Below, one piece after another: positions 22,540 to 34,913 of a DNA stretch of 64,000 nt (its first letter is position 1; each line of letters starts with the position of its first letter). The DNA lies in assembly GCA_013239625.1 (NCBI GenBank), contig MU053758.1, positions 2,977,854-3,041,853 of the forward strand. Reading direction: 5' to 3'. This stretch comes from Lama guanicoe (Eukaryota). The notes beneath the pieces are model-generated. The model ran no database searches. It was not told where the DNA came from and was given only the letters and a program-made list of their open reading frames with translations. The position numbers were made by a program, and so were the translations under genes.

Positions 22540-24111
22540 AAAAAGTGAGGTGAAGACTGGTATGTAGAACACAAGACCATCTGGGTAAATGTTTATGTAT
22601 GTATTGAAAACATCTGGAAGGAATTGTAAATCAATGGAGGGGGAGGAAAACTTTTCATGTTTTCCCTTCTATTCAATTTGAAAAATGTAAAATGATAGGC
22701 ATATTATTTCTATAATGTGAAAAGTTAGCTTAAATAAACAAAAATTAAAAGATTTCCTTCAGTAATTGGGAGTCTTGGTAATTCTGTGTGTTCATGGCCT
22801 TTTGCTATCTGACTTGGTAAGTGTTCGTTTTCATCCATGCCCTGTACCCTTCTCATTCCTGCCCCTTTTCCCCACCTCAATGAAAGCAAGGCATACCTGT
22901 CTGTACAAATTTGTATAAGAAGGTAAGTTTTGTAGATAGACAAAGATTTTCAATATTCTGGGGGAACTTGCAGTTGAAGTGAACCCAGCAGTGAAGACTC
23001 TGTAGAAAAATCCTTTCTTTGGACCAAATTGAGGGACAGCGTGTTGTGGTGGGCAGTCCTAGCTCAGCTTTGCCTCACTAGTTGCATGACCTTGGGGAAA
23101 TCCCCTCCTCTCTCTAAGTCTCAGTTTCTCCATCTGTAAACCTATGGAAGCCTATGCCTTCCACAAAGTCTTAGAGAGGTGATGGTGGGGCACTTAGAGG
23201 AGGTGAGGCTCAGATTCTCCAACCTAGAGCAGCTCCACCTTCATCTTTTTACATTCTGGGTAAGATTTCTGTTCTGTGGAAGATTTCATTTGAAAATGAG
23301 TATCCGCTACTTACACTGACAAACAAGCAAAAATGAACAAAACAAACAAAAACTCTGGGCAAACAATTGTTAAGGCTAGGAGGGCCTTCTTGCTCTAACA
23401 CCGTGTGATTGCAAATATGACCTTTTGTGCCTTGAGTTGGTTGAAATTGGGATACATCTGCATCTGTGTCTCCCCATTCCCCATCAGTGCCCAGCCTGGA
23501 GCTGCACAGGTGGCAAGCCTACTAGGCTCGGCCATGATTTCTGGGAAGGAGGAAGATGGTATCTGATTCTTTCCACTCCTTATATGACCACAGCCCCCCC
23601 GACCTCCTGACCTGACCTTAGATCTCTGCCCAGGCCCTAAGACTCCTGGACTGCCCCTCTCTAGCACCAGTGGCTGCTGATGGCACTGGGGCTGAGAGTT
23701 GGCTTCTATGCCTGCTGGAGGTTGGGTCAGTAAAACCTGAGCAAACACAGTCTTGAACCCCTCCCTGCTCCATCATCCTCAGACTCTCCAGCTCCCCACA
23801 TCCTTCCTCTACACCCTACAGAGTAGAGGTGGTAAAGGGAGCAGGTCAGGGAAGCACGCCCATCTAATAATAGAGACCAAGGCTGGGCCTCTCTGCCCTC
23901 TTGGCTGCTCACACCAAGAAGGGGAAGCAGAGTTGGACTGAGTCTTTTGATGGTCAGGTGACCTGAATTGTCATCCCTAGTACAGTTTACCTAGTCACCC
24001 TGGAGCAGGGCAGGTCATCATAAATAAACAAATATATAAACAAAGCTAATTACCATCCCCCCACCTCAAACCAAGCAACAAACAAAAAAGAATTGCTAAA
24101 AAAAGACCAAA

Positions 24112-24255
24112 GGGGAGGGTATAGCTCAGTGGTAGAGTGTGGCTTAGCTTGTACAAGATCCTGGGTTCAATCCCCAGTACCACCATTAAAACAAACAAAC
24201 AAACAAATATAATTACCTCCCCCCAAAACAAAACCAAAATAAACAAAAATTTTTT
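24112..24255 (+). mobile_element. tRNA-derived SINE, camelid Vic-1-like
   Basis: ggggagggtatagctcagtggtagagtg...ctgggttcaatccccagtacc; (aaac)n tail; TSD aaaagac(c/t)aaa. Confidence 0.85.
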
Positions 24256-25449
24256 AAAAGACTAAAATTAAAAGGTATTTTAAAAAAAGATTATGGATTT
24301 CTACTTATCTTTCAAGACTCAGCTCCAGTGTCGCTGCCCCTGAAACTCTCCATAACCACTCTGGCTCCTTTCTGTTTTCTTGGCATCTAGTGCATTAAAC
24401 AGCACTGACTGTACTGTATTTACCTGCAAATCTCCCTCTTCTGACCCAAGCCCTTCTGAAGGCAGGGATTGCCTTCACCTTTGGAATTCTCAGCCCCTTA
24501 CACAACGCCCGTTCCCCAGGAGGCTCTCTGGGAATGGTGCTATCAGTACTATCATTGTCCACCTGAGGGCAGCATATGCAGCGGCAAAACCCCTGGTGCA
24601 GGAGTGCAGGGCTCCATCTGGACGGCCTGGCAATCAAACACTAAAGTGAAAGGAAATGCCTCTGCTTGTGCCCCACGACTGGAGCTAGGTCATGAAGAAG
24701 GGGCGCTCTGTCTTGTTCTCTCAGGGAGATCCATCTGATCATAGATGACCTTTCTAGATGGACCTGGGGCTCCAGGAAGCCCTTCCAAACCTAAGGGACC
24801 AAAGTGGGACACCCATGGAGCCTCTCTCCCTTTTTTCCCTGTTCCGGGAAGAGGGTTTGGACACAGGACGAGATGAGCTCTCCAGCCCTGGAGGAAGACA
24901 CCCCAAGGGGAGAGAGATATCAGGGGAGGTGGGGCACGGCATCAGTGAGCCAACAATAGATATCACTGAACATATATTACATGCCAGTCTAAGACCGTAC
25001 AGTGTCTTACATGTGAGCAGCATTTGTTGTAGGAAAGGGCTTAGGGAAGGATGGAGGTGGGGCGCTGAAGAAAAGGAGGGAGGGCGAGAGTGAAGAAATA
25101 AAGAGAAGGGGAGGAGAGAAAGGCACAGCTGTTGACGTCCAGTAACTCACATTCTAGTTGTGGCAATAGGACCACTAGAAAAAGGATGGCTAAAACCCTC
25201 AGTGATAAGTGAGGAGTCTCCAGAAAGAAGTTAAAAAAGGGTGTTGAAGGATGTTGCAGGAGGGCTTGAGATACAGGAGTGTAGGAGCTGGGGTGGGCAG
25301 ACCTGGCTGGCTTGGCTGGCTTGGCTGGCCTGGAGGAAACTCTTTGAGCTCTACGGGAGCCCATGTGGGCTTGGGAGCCTTGGAGGGCCAGAGTTGCCCT
25401 GCTGTCTAGGAAGGCCTGTTTTCCCCATCAGTTCCAGTCTCCAGGTGTC

Positions 25450-26295
25450 CAGTGTGGTCCTGCGAATTTTTATGGCTAGGGTATCCCTGATGTCTTGGGG
25501 GTTCTGGAAACCCTCGGCAACCAGAGAGACCAGGAGGCTGAACTCCATCCTATACGTGGAAGGAGAGGCAGGAGGGGTGGAAGTGAACCACAGAAGGGAG
25601 TGTGTGTATTTGGGGTGGGAGGGGAAGGCAGTGGGGTCAAGCCAAGAGCCCTGATGGGAGCAGAAAGCTACTAGAGAGTTAGAACTTTGGCCTCACCTCC
25701 TGACCTCCGGAGGTGGGTGAGGAGAAGGGCCAGAGATTGTGTTCAATCACCAATGGCCAACAGTTTAATCAATCACGCCAATGTAATGAAGCCTCCATTA
25801 AAACCCAAAGGATGGGGTTTGGGGGGCTCCTGCATTAGAGAACACATGGTGGTGCTGGGAGAGTGGCTCGGTGGGGGAGGGCACGGGAGCTCCACACCCC
25901 TGTCTGCATACCTTGCCCTATGTCTCTCTTCCTGAGTTACATCCGTTTGTAATAAGTTGGTAATCTAGTAAGTAAAATGTTTCTGTGGGTTCTGTGAGCT
26001 GCTCTAGCAATTTAACCGAATCTAAGGGGGGGGGTCACTGGAACCTCTTATATATAGCTGGTCAGTCAGAAGCCCAGGTGACAACCTGGACTTGTGATTG
26101 GCATCTGAAGGTGGCAGGGGTGGGGGGGGTGCGTCTGGTAGGACTGAGCCCTTAACCTGTAGGATCCACCCTTAACCAGGTGGAAAGTCAGAATTGAGTA
26201 AATTGTAGGACACCCAGCTGCTGTTAGAGAATTGTTTGGTGGTATTGGAAAAATCACACCTCAGAATTGGTATCAGAATTGGTGTCAGAATTGCA
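25450..26295 (+). mobile_element. LTR element, MER21-like
   Basis: Recalled MER21 wording: gttctgtgagctgctctagcaa...ggtcagtcagaag...ggtgacaacctggacttgtgattggcatctgaag...ggactgagcccttaacctgt...ggtgtcagaa; boundaries approximate. Confidence 0.7.
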
Positions 26296-26539
26296 GAAGG
26301 CGTTAGGGTAGGGTCTGAAAGGGATGAATAGCATGGGGTGCTGTGAACCTCTACCCACATCATCTGTTTCCCTGCTCATGTCTTTGGGCGTGAGACCCTT
26401 TCCTCCCTCCCCTACTCCATACTTGCTTCCTTGTTTGCTGGTGGGGAGACCCTCAGTAGAGGCTGAATGTCAGTGTGATTTGACAGAGCATCGAGCCACT
26501 AGTTTGTAAACTATTCCCTGGGATCTACATCCCTTCACC

Positions 26540-26715
26540 AATATAGATAGTCTCCTTTGATCCTCCTTCTAGCCCTACAGACAGAAGTAGGGACTGGCAT
26601 CCCCATTTTACAGATGAGGAAACTGAGAACCATTGTGGCAAAGAGACAAGCCCACAGTGCATGGTGAATCAGGGCAGAGCTAGGATTTGAACCCCAAGCT
26701 CTGACTGCAAGAGCT
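26540..26715 (-). mobile_element. MIR SINE
   Basis: ccccattttacagatgaggaaactgag...ggatttgaacccc. Confidence 0.75.
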
Positions 26716-27989
26716 GTCTGCCCTACAGCCTGGGCACCCCAACCTGAGGGCAAACTCTTCTCCATCATGAGCTGTCTGGTTTTCCCCTGGCTTCAGGCCC
26801 AGCCTCTGCTGCTCTTTAGATCGTCATGACTGGGTTGGGGTGAGGAACAGACTGCACAGATCTTGAGGATTCTTGGCTTCAAATATAAAGCCTCTGGAAA
26901 CGGTGAGGGAGGAGGGTATGAGTGCGGGAGGAATGCAGGCTTCAGGAGGGGAGGCTGGGGTTATGTGGAGGAGGGTCTCTTGACAGGATGGACCTTATTT
27001 CTGGGTCCACACAGCTCTCTCCTTCTGCCCTCAAGTTCCCTCCAGCCCTAACTGGCCATCTTTAGGACTACCCCTACCTATCAGGACAAGGACAGTCAGA
27101 GACTGAGGCAGAAGAGGCCCCTGGCATGGAAATCCTGGTTAGCACTGTGGCTTCTCTCTGAGACCCTCTCCTCCTACAGCCGGGGCTGCATCCCCAGCAC
27201 CTCGACTGGAGCACCAGACTATCTGACCAGTGCCAGAGCTGGGTGGGCAGAGAAGTCACAAAAGCCTCTGGGCACACAGAGCCCTGACAAGGGCAGGCTG
27301 GCAGGAGGAGAAGGTACTCTTCTGGGGGCTTGGGAAAAACTCTCCAAGGCTGGGATGTGCCAGTTGGAGCTCCATCATCACACAAATAGGTTTAAATCAC
27401 ATTTAGTTGCATGTGACCTTAAGCCAGTCTTTTTACCACCTGGAGTCCCATATAAAATGGGTTCATAGGGTTGTCATGGTAACCAATAGTCACGGCTAAT
27501 ATGTATCTATGCCAGGTACTGTGCAAAGTGCTTTACATGGATTGTCTCTGTAGGTTCCTGCACGGCTCTATCAGGCTGGGCTGGTTACCCCTCTTTTACG
27601 ACAGAGGGCATTTAAGGATAAGAGGGAAGATGTCATTTGGCTAAAGCCACGGAGCTAGTAAATAGCAAATCCAGAATTCAGTGCAGGCATTTTGGCTTCA
27701 GGCTCTTACTCTCACTCACTTGGCTGGTCATGGCTAATAGCTGACACTCACTGGCCACTTAATAAGTGGCAGGCACCACTGTAAGCACTGTACACAGATT
27801 CATTCATTTAATCATTATAGCCACCCTATATAGTAGTCACTAAAGAGGAAAGATGAGGACACTCAGGCAGAGAGGTGAGCTAACTTACCCTCTATCTACT
27901 GCCAGGAATCTAGTGCAGGCAGGCTGATTTGAGAACCAGCGCTCTTTTAAAAAAATAAACAATAATGTTTCTTCTTAAAAAAAAAAAGA

Positions 27990-28540
27990 AAGCATAACAT
28001 ACATACCAAACAAACAAATGTTTAGCTCAATGAATGTTCACTACACTATGTAACTAAATAATAAGCATTTCCTGTTTCCCATAAGACCCCTTCCTTCTCC
28101 CCCAAAGTAACCTCTATCCTAATTTCTAAAGCCATAGATTAGTTTGGGCTGTTTTTTATAGAAATAGAATCATACAGTAGTAATCTGTTCAATAGGTGAT
28201 AGATCTACGTTGTTGGATGTAGTGATAGTTTGTTCAATTGTAGATTTATCTAGTCTACTGTTGACGCCAGCGTTTGGCTGAATGGTGCTGCTATGAATAC
28301 TCTTACACATGGGTTTTGGAATACACCCACATACACACACAGAGACACTTCTATTGGCTGTATTCTCCGGGTGGAATCGTTGGTTGCTCCCGAGGGGTTA
28401 TACAAATTTGATTTCTTACCAGCATTGCAGGAGAGTCCCCTTACTCCACATTCTGGTGTTGTCGATATTTAAAATTTTTACCGATCTGGTGGACAGGTAC
28501 TAATATCCAATGATGGTTTTCCATATGTATTTATTAAATG
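27990..28540 (-). mobile_element. Degenerate L1ME-like fragment
   Basis: agctcaatgaat...aaagtaacctctatcctaatttcta...aatcatacagta...tgctgctatgaatactctt wording. Confidence 0.6.
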
Positions 28541-30510
28541 AAGTATAACCAGAAGCCTGTACTACGTATAGCTTCCCATAACATTCCTCTGAGTTTGGTG
28601 GAGTTATCATCCCAGTTTTCAGATTAGGAAATGGAGACAGGAGTTACTCCTCTTCCTCTTCCTCTCTTGTGATCCACTCACTTTTCCGGGAGAGGGGGGG
28701 TCTTCCCCACTTTTCCCCAGTGATGCTGGCATGTCTGGTTACCAAGCTTGGGAAGCCCCTCAGGCCAGGATGTTCTCCTGTGTATGGAGAAGAGAAAGGC
28801 TGGGGGGAAGGAGAGAAAGGGGTGGCGTGGGGAGGAGAGAAAGGACGAGGCACGAAGCCTGATGTGAGGGACCAGAGATCCTGGCTCTGGGCGTGGGATG
28901 ATGGGGCCAGAAGAGAGGTCTGGGACTAAGCAGAAGGCCTGACCAGAGCTATCTGTGCGCTCCTCGTGCTGGCAGGGAGAAGGGGAGGCGTGCAGCTGGG
29001 GAGTAAGGGCCCCTGTGTGTGTGAGTGTTGGGATTTCTCTGGAACCCAGGTCCCCTCTGGGGTTTTACTAAATCTGAGGACTCCTCTGCGTGGTATCTAA
29101 TCCAAGAGCCCTTTTGTGGGGGGTCTCTCTGGGTTCAGCAGTCCCTGGGTACAATCTCTTTGGGGTAGGTAGCACTGTTCTCCAGGGCCAGGGGAGTAGG
29201 AGACAGGGCCTGGAGGCCCTCCAAGGAGGACACAGGGTCTGCTCTGATTCTGGGCTTCTGATCTGCCAGGCCAGGAGGCACCTGGCAAGCAGACACCGTG
29301 CTCTTTGACTTCACAGGTGTTGGGGAGGCAGGGAGAATGATTTTCCCACGCTAACATCTGTTTCACTTTTGCAAGTGTCCTCTGCATAGATTCTCCCAGG
29401 TAGCACCTTCTTTTTCTCCCCCCACCTCCACCTTCCTGGAGTCCTGAGCCTATGGTACAGGGGGCCAAATCTGTAGTAGGCAGCAACTGTATTTGGCTTA
29501 AGTCTCGGCTGGATTACTTACTAGCTGTGTGTCCTTGGGTGAGCCTCATCCCCACTCTGGGTGGTGACAGAGCTCTCCTAGAGCCCAATATCATTCACTT
29601 GGCTCGTCTCTGCAGACTTTGAGATTCTGCTGTTGCCCATAGGCCTGGAAACAGTGTCAACTCTGGAAGGTTGGAAGTCATGCCAGCATTGGGCGGAGGA
29701 CCATGGACAAGGACTCCAGAGGTTCTAGATTCCTCCAGTGCTCCAGCTGGAATGGGCTTCACAATTCAATGAGTTCCCCTTCCCCACTGAATAGCTGGTA
29801 AAACTGGAGCTGAGGAAGGGGAAGTGGCCACAGAGCCAGCAAGGAGCACAGCTGGATGGACTGAAGATGTGAAATGATCCTGGCCAGCCCCACTGCAGAT
29901 GGGCTCGCCTCTCCCCACCCTCTCCCCTGTCTTGATCTTCACTTCTGGAGCTGCACATCCTGAAGAAGGACTCAGGCTCTGTCCTCTGGACCAGACTTCC
30001 CTCTGCACTGTGGAGTCTTGATGGAGATCCTGGCTCTCCGGATCTGGTCTCTCCAAGTGTGGGGCAAGAAGGCAGCAGGACTCACATGCCACTGCTCAGC
30101 CCACACTTGGGATGACTGCAGAGGATGCCACACCTGGCACCTAGACAGCCGACACGGGGGGAAGCCAAGCTCCCTATTCAGTGTGGGCACAGTGGGCAGT
30201 CCAGGGCAGCCAGAGAAGGGGCTGGGAAGCCAAAGTTATGTAGAGGCCTGGGGCCCAGATTCCTATCAATGCCACGTCTACTCTAATCCACTCCATCCAT
30301 CTTGCACTCTGTGCTGTAGTCTTTTGCTGTTAGCATTTGTTTAGAATGCTTCTGACAGCTGTTTCGGAAGGCAGTAAAACACAGCAGTTAATCATACAGA
30401 CTCTGGAGCCAGACTGCCTGGGTTCACATCCACTTACTTGCTGTGTGACCTTGAGTAAGTTACATAGCTCTCTGTGCCTCCCTTTCCCTATCTTAAAAAG
30501 GGGATGATTC

Positions 30511-30645
30511 GGGGGAGGATATAGCTCAAAGGGTAGAGTGCATGCTTAGTATGCAGAGGTTCTGAGTTCAATACCCAAGTACTTCCTCCAAAAATAAATA
30601 AATAAATAAACTTAACTTACACCCCCCCCCCCAAAAAAAGAAGAA
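30511..30645 (+). mobile_element. tRNA-derived SINE (Vic-1-like) inserted into a MIR (~30370-30760)
   Basis: gggggaggatatagctcaa...gttcaatacccaagtac; (aaat)n tail; TSD aaaaaggg(g/a)atgat; MIR sequence resumes on both sides. Confidence 0.8.
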
Positions 30646-31225
30646 AAAAGGGAATGATGATAGTACCTACTTCATAAGGTTGTGGTGAAGGGCACATGAG
30701 TGAAGCCCTGGAAATATGTCCAGCATATGGTCGATGCTCATTAAGTGTTAATTTCATTATCATCTGTATTTTTGCCTACTGTATCGGAAGAGATGCTCCT
30801 GAGGGCAAGCCCATTAGATTGGTGGTTCCCTGAGGGCAGAACTGTGTCTTTCCCCTGGGAATAGAGCTCTCTTTCTTACTGATGCTCCAAGAAGCCCAGC
30901 CTCAGCCAAGTAGACATCTGAAACTGAGCCAACAAAGGAGGTAGTGAGACACTAAGTAACAAGCCAGTGAGGGTGTTGGGTGGAAGACGCTGGAGGGACT
31001 GAGGCTTTTTACCCCTTCATTAGGAGAATATTCCTGGCTTCCCCTCTTTCCTGGGGTGGGGGCAGGAGGTGTGGGACAGACAAGGATACAGAACAGAAGG
31101 AGGAATTTCTTTTTCGGACCAGGTTTCTGATTCTGGGGGGTTCCCAGTCCTCAGGGAGGCAGAAGTCAGGTGCAAAAAACCAATACGTAGCATCTGCTTC
31201 CCATTAGTCCCATTCCAAAGCCCTT

Positions 31226-31228
<3 letters not shown>

Positions 31229-31297
<69 letters not shown>

Positions 31298-31430
31298 TCG
31301 GAGATGGGGGAGGTAATTAGGTTTATTTATTTACTTTTTTTTTTTAAAGAGGAGGTACTGGGGATTGAACCCAGGACCTGTGCATCCTAAGCATGTGCTC
31401 TATCACTTTGAGCTGTACCCTCCCCCCCCC
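31229..31430 (-). mobile_element. tRNA-derived SINE (Vic-1-like) whose tail is a (TTTC)n microsatellite
   Basis: ggtactggggattgaacccaggacc...gagctgtaccctcccc; TSD aaagc(c/g)ctttct at 31217-31228 and 31431-31442. Confidence 0.85.
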
Positions 31431-33869
31431 AAAGCGCTTTCTTGTCCATTATCTCACTTTCTCTTACAACCATCCTGTGGGGTAAGCCCAGTTATTCTCT
31501 CTCTCTCTTTTAACAGAGGATGAAAATGAGACTTCAAGGCGTTAAGTCTGTGTCCAAGGTCACATAGCTCTTAAGTGGCTGTGTTGCAACTCAAACCCAG
31601 GTCCAGTGACTCCAAATCCCATTATATACAGCCTCTCCCAGGCACTAGCTGGTGGTGGGGGGAGGGGGTGACACACTAAACCCAGTCCTCTGAGTGCTTT
31701 CAGTCTGCTGGGGGAGACACAGATCTTGCCACCAAGGGATCTCGAGCCAAGTGGAGAACTTAGTTTCCAGCCGGGAGGGATAGAAGGGAGGAAACACTTG
31801 GTGCCTACTGTGTGCTAGGCACTTTGCACAGGGCCATTCTTTCTCTCTCTTACCTCCCCACCTTTCTTTCTTTCTTACCATTTTCCAGGTAAGGACAGTG
31901 AAACTCAGAGAGTAACTTGTTTCAGGTTCCCCGGCGAGACTGGTGGCAAAGCTGGGGTAGAATCCAGGTCAGCCTGATGCTAATACCTGTGACTTTTCCT
32001 CTACATGGAAGACCATTTGCCTAAGGGTCACTTCCTCCATGAAGCTGCTCCAAGCCCTGGATGTAGAAATGACCACATGTGCCTCTGAGTCCCCACAGTG
32101 CCCCATATAAACACCCCCCAGGGACCTGCACTTATTTTATTCTCGTATGTCTCTCCTCACTAGATAGTGAGCCCCTCAAATGTGGAGAGTGGTCTCAGCC
32201 CTGTCTGAATCTGTTGTATGTAGCACAAAGCCTGCATACAGTAGGTGTTTAGTAAAGGTGGTTGCATGAATGGTGGGGAGGTGCTTGGAAAGCCTCCTCA
32301 CGTCCATTTTCCTGTCTCCTAGGAATTATCCCAGACAGTGATGGGGGTGCACCAGAGGATGGATGGGGGACGGGTGCTGGGGTAGGAATATGGGCATCTG
32401 TCTGACCTTGGAAACCTTTCCAGATTTCCTACACTCACCTGCACTCATGCTTCCTCCCCTGGTATTTCTCTTGGCTTTGGTCCAGCTTCTTCTGCCCTCC
32501 TTCCTCCATGTCCCAGTCCCTTATCCCTCTCAGGTATGCTGGCTAGGAGACAACTCTGGCATTGGATCAGAATCATCCTTCCTGGTCCCATTTTATTCTC
32601 ACTAGAGCTTCAAGAGGTAGGATAGGTGGAGATGGCCTACCTCCACCTCAGGCTTCAAGGGGTGAGGTCCAAGTTTACACAGTAATTTGGTGGCAGAACT
32701 GGTGGGTCTAGTGATGGTGAAGGAGAGGGGAGAGGGCTGGGGAGCAGTTTCTGAAACAGGGACAGGCTGGGCTTCCCCCAGGAACTTGAGGAACCTACCT
32801 TTGCCCTTCTCCAAGGCAGATGGGGCAGAAGAGACCCTAGTTCATCTGTGAGATGGCATGGAGAGAATCCCAGAATCTTGCCTGGGCCGGAGCCCTCCAG
32901 CCCTTCTGCAGTCTTGATGGTTGCCAGTAGGTGCCGTCAGTTTGCAACTTTTGGTTCTGTCCCTGCAGGCCCAGCTGTCAGCTACTCTTCCTCCTATTGC
33001 CTGGACACTTTGCACTTGCAGAAAGTAGGAGAGGGCCCAATCCGGGTGAGACTGAAAGACCCCTGCCTTGGGAGAGGAAGCAGGAAGAGGGTCTCTGATC
33101 TGTACTTCAGCATGGCTCCCCTGCAGCTTTCTAGGCAAAGAAAAAAAAAATCCATCATGGGTCATCAACTATGCCTGGACAGGTGCCCTTATCCTGAAAC
33201 CAGTTCCGGGAGAGCAGAAACCTTTGTGGGGGAGGATAGGTGAACACTGGGGGGACCTGAGAGACAAACTAGGAGATGGGTCCCTGCTCCAAATGCTACT
33301 CTAGAAAGTCCTCCAATCCCAGCAGGACTGAGGCAAAGGGTGGGGGATAGAGGCAACAATGGGATCTCACAGAGGGCCTAGCCAACCCTGAGAGCTGCCC
33401 AAATAGCAACACTGGGTGCATTAGAAAAAGGCACCCCTTCCTCAAAACCCTTGAGTGCCATCTGCTGGAAAACTGTCGCAACAGCTCTCCAAATCTACAA
33501 GGGCTACAAGAGAAAGGGTGCCCCCTGGAGTTGTGCAATGCAGAATTTGCAAACTGAGAGTGGCAACATCCCCAGCCAGTCTCCCTGTGGGAGTGGGTCT
33601 GAGCAATAGAAGCAAACATCCAGGAAGGAGAAAGGGTCTTGGCACCTCCCTCTCCAAGAGGGAGCTCTGTCAATGCCATCCTGGGTAAGGCAGAGGGGAC
33701 AAGGGCCAAAATGAGCCCTAGGGAGATAGGGGGCAGGGGAGAAGGTGGGAAGAGACAAATAGGAAGAGAGCCTATTAACCTTTTAGGGCCATCAGGCCCT
33801 TCTGAGCCCCCTTTCCGCACCTCACCGGACTTGGTCTCCAGCGATTGAGGCTGGAAGCCCTGGAGTGGG

Positions 33870-34300
33870 GTGGAAAGGACCCTGGCCAAGGAGGCTGAAT
33901 CCACGGAGCCGGGGGTCTGGGCTAGGAGGCGCGCTCGCAGCCGGGGGACTGCAGACCGCCTCAATGGGGTCGGGGAAAAATCCTGCAAGGTCGAGGGAGG
34001 CGGCCAAGGAGCAGCCCCCTTAGCCTTCCCGTGTCCTTCTCTGCCCTGCCGGGCTCCGGTTCAGAAGCGCAATCAGCGCCTGCCGTGGCTTCCAAACTGC
34101 GCCGCTTCCTTCTGCCGCAGAAAAGGACTTTGAGATATTGTAACGGCGGAGGCGGCGGCGGCGACTTAGGACAGCGCCCCCTCCCCCTAACAGCCGCGTC
34201 TCCCTCTCCCCCTCTCTCCCCTCCCCCACCTCTGGGACGGCGCTGGGGGTGTGGCCAGGGGCCGCTATAAAGTCCGGGGGAGCCGGTCCCGGGCAGCCGC
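33870..34300 (+). promoter_or_regulatory. IGFBP4: IGFBP4 CpG-island promoter with TATA box
   Basis: TATAAA at 34266-34271 about 300 nt upstream of the ATG; CpG-dense from ~33870 through exon 1; GGC-repeat and C-rich Sp1/KLF-type tracts upstream. Confidence 0.8.
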
Positions 34301-34564
34301 TCAGCCCCCTGCCCCCCCACCGCCCGCCGCCCGGGCCGGGCCGAGGATGCGGCGCAGCGCCTCGGCGGCCAGGCTCGCTCCCCTCCGGCCCGCTTGCTAA
34401 CTTCCTCCGCTCCGTCCTTGGCCGCCAGCGGGGCCGCCCCGTCTCCCCGCGCCCTCCGGGTCGGGTCCTCCAGGCGCGCCGGGCTCTGCCGCCGTGTGTC
34501 CCCGGCTGCCCGCCCGCGCGCCCGCTCTCCCTGCCCGCGCCCTGCGCCCCGTCCTCGCCCGGTC

Positions 34565-34913
34565 ATGCTGCCCCTCTGCCTCGTGGCCGCGCTGCTGCTG
34601 GCCGCCGGGCCCGGGCCGAGCCTGGGCGACGAAGCCATCCACTGCCCGCCCTGCTCCGAGGAGAAGCTGGCGCGCTGCCGCCCCCCCGTGGGCTGCGAGG
34701 AGCTGGTGCGAGAGCCGGGCTGCGGCTGTTGCGCCACTTGCGCCCTGGGCAAGGGGATGCCCTGCGGGGTGTACACTCCCCGCTGCGGCTCCGGCCTGCG
34801 CTGCTATCCGCCCCGGGGTGTGGAGAAGCCCCTGCACACGCTGATGCACGGGCAAGGCTTGTGCATGGAGCTGGCAGAGATCGAAGCCATCCAGGAAAGC
34901 CTGCAGCCTTCTG
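34565..34913 (+). CDS. IGFBP4: IGFBP4 exon 1 CDS (signal peptide + N-terminal IB domain)
   Basis: 349 nt; donor TCTG|gtaagg. Confidence 0.97.

Noticed and set aside
23952..23963. GGTCA-gg-TGACC palindrome as an estrogen response element
   Set aside because: Spacer is 2 nt, not the 3 nt of an ERE. The similar site at ~31966 (AGGTCAgccTGATG) is imperfect and lies in a MIR.
24112..24185. tRNA-like sequence (GGGGAGGGTATAGCTCAGTGGTAGAG...GGTTCAATCCCC)
   Set aside because: Followed by a SINE body, A-rich tail and TSD, with several diverged copies in the window; a SINE head, not a functional tRNA.
33296..33988. 230-aa minus-strand ORF upstream of IGFBP4
   Set aside because: Non-ATG start, crosses MER91-like repeat fragments, no protein-like motif.
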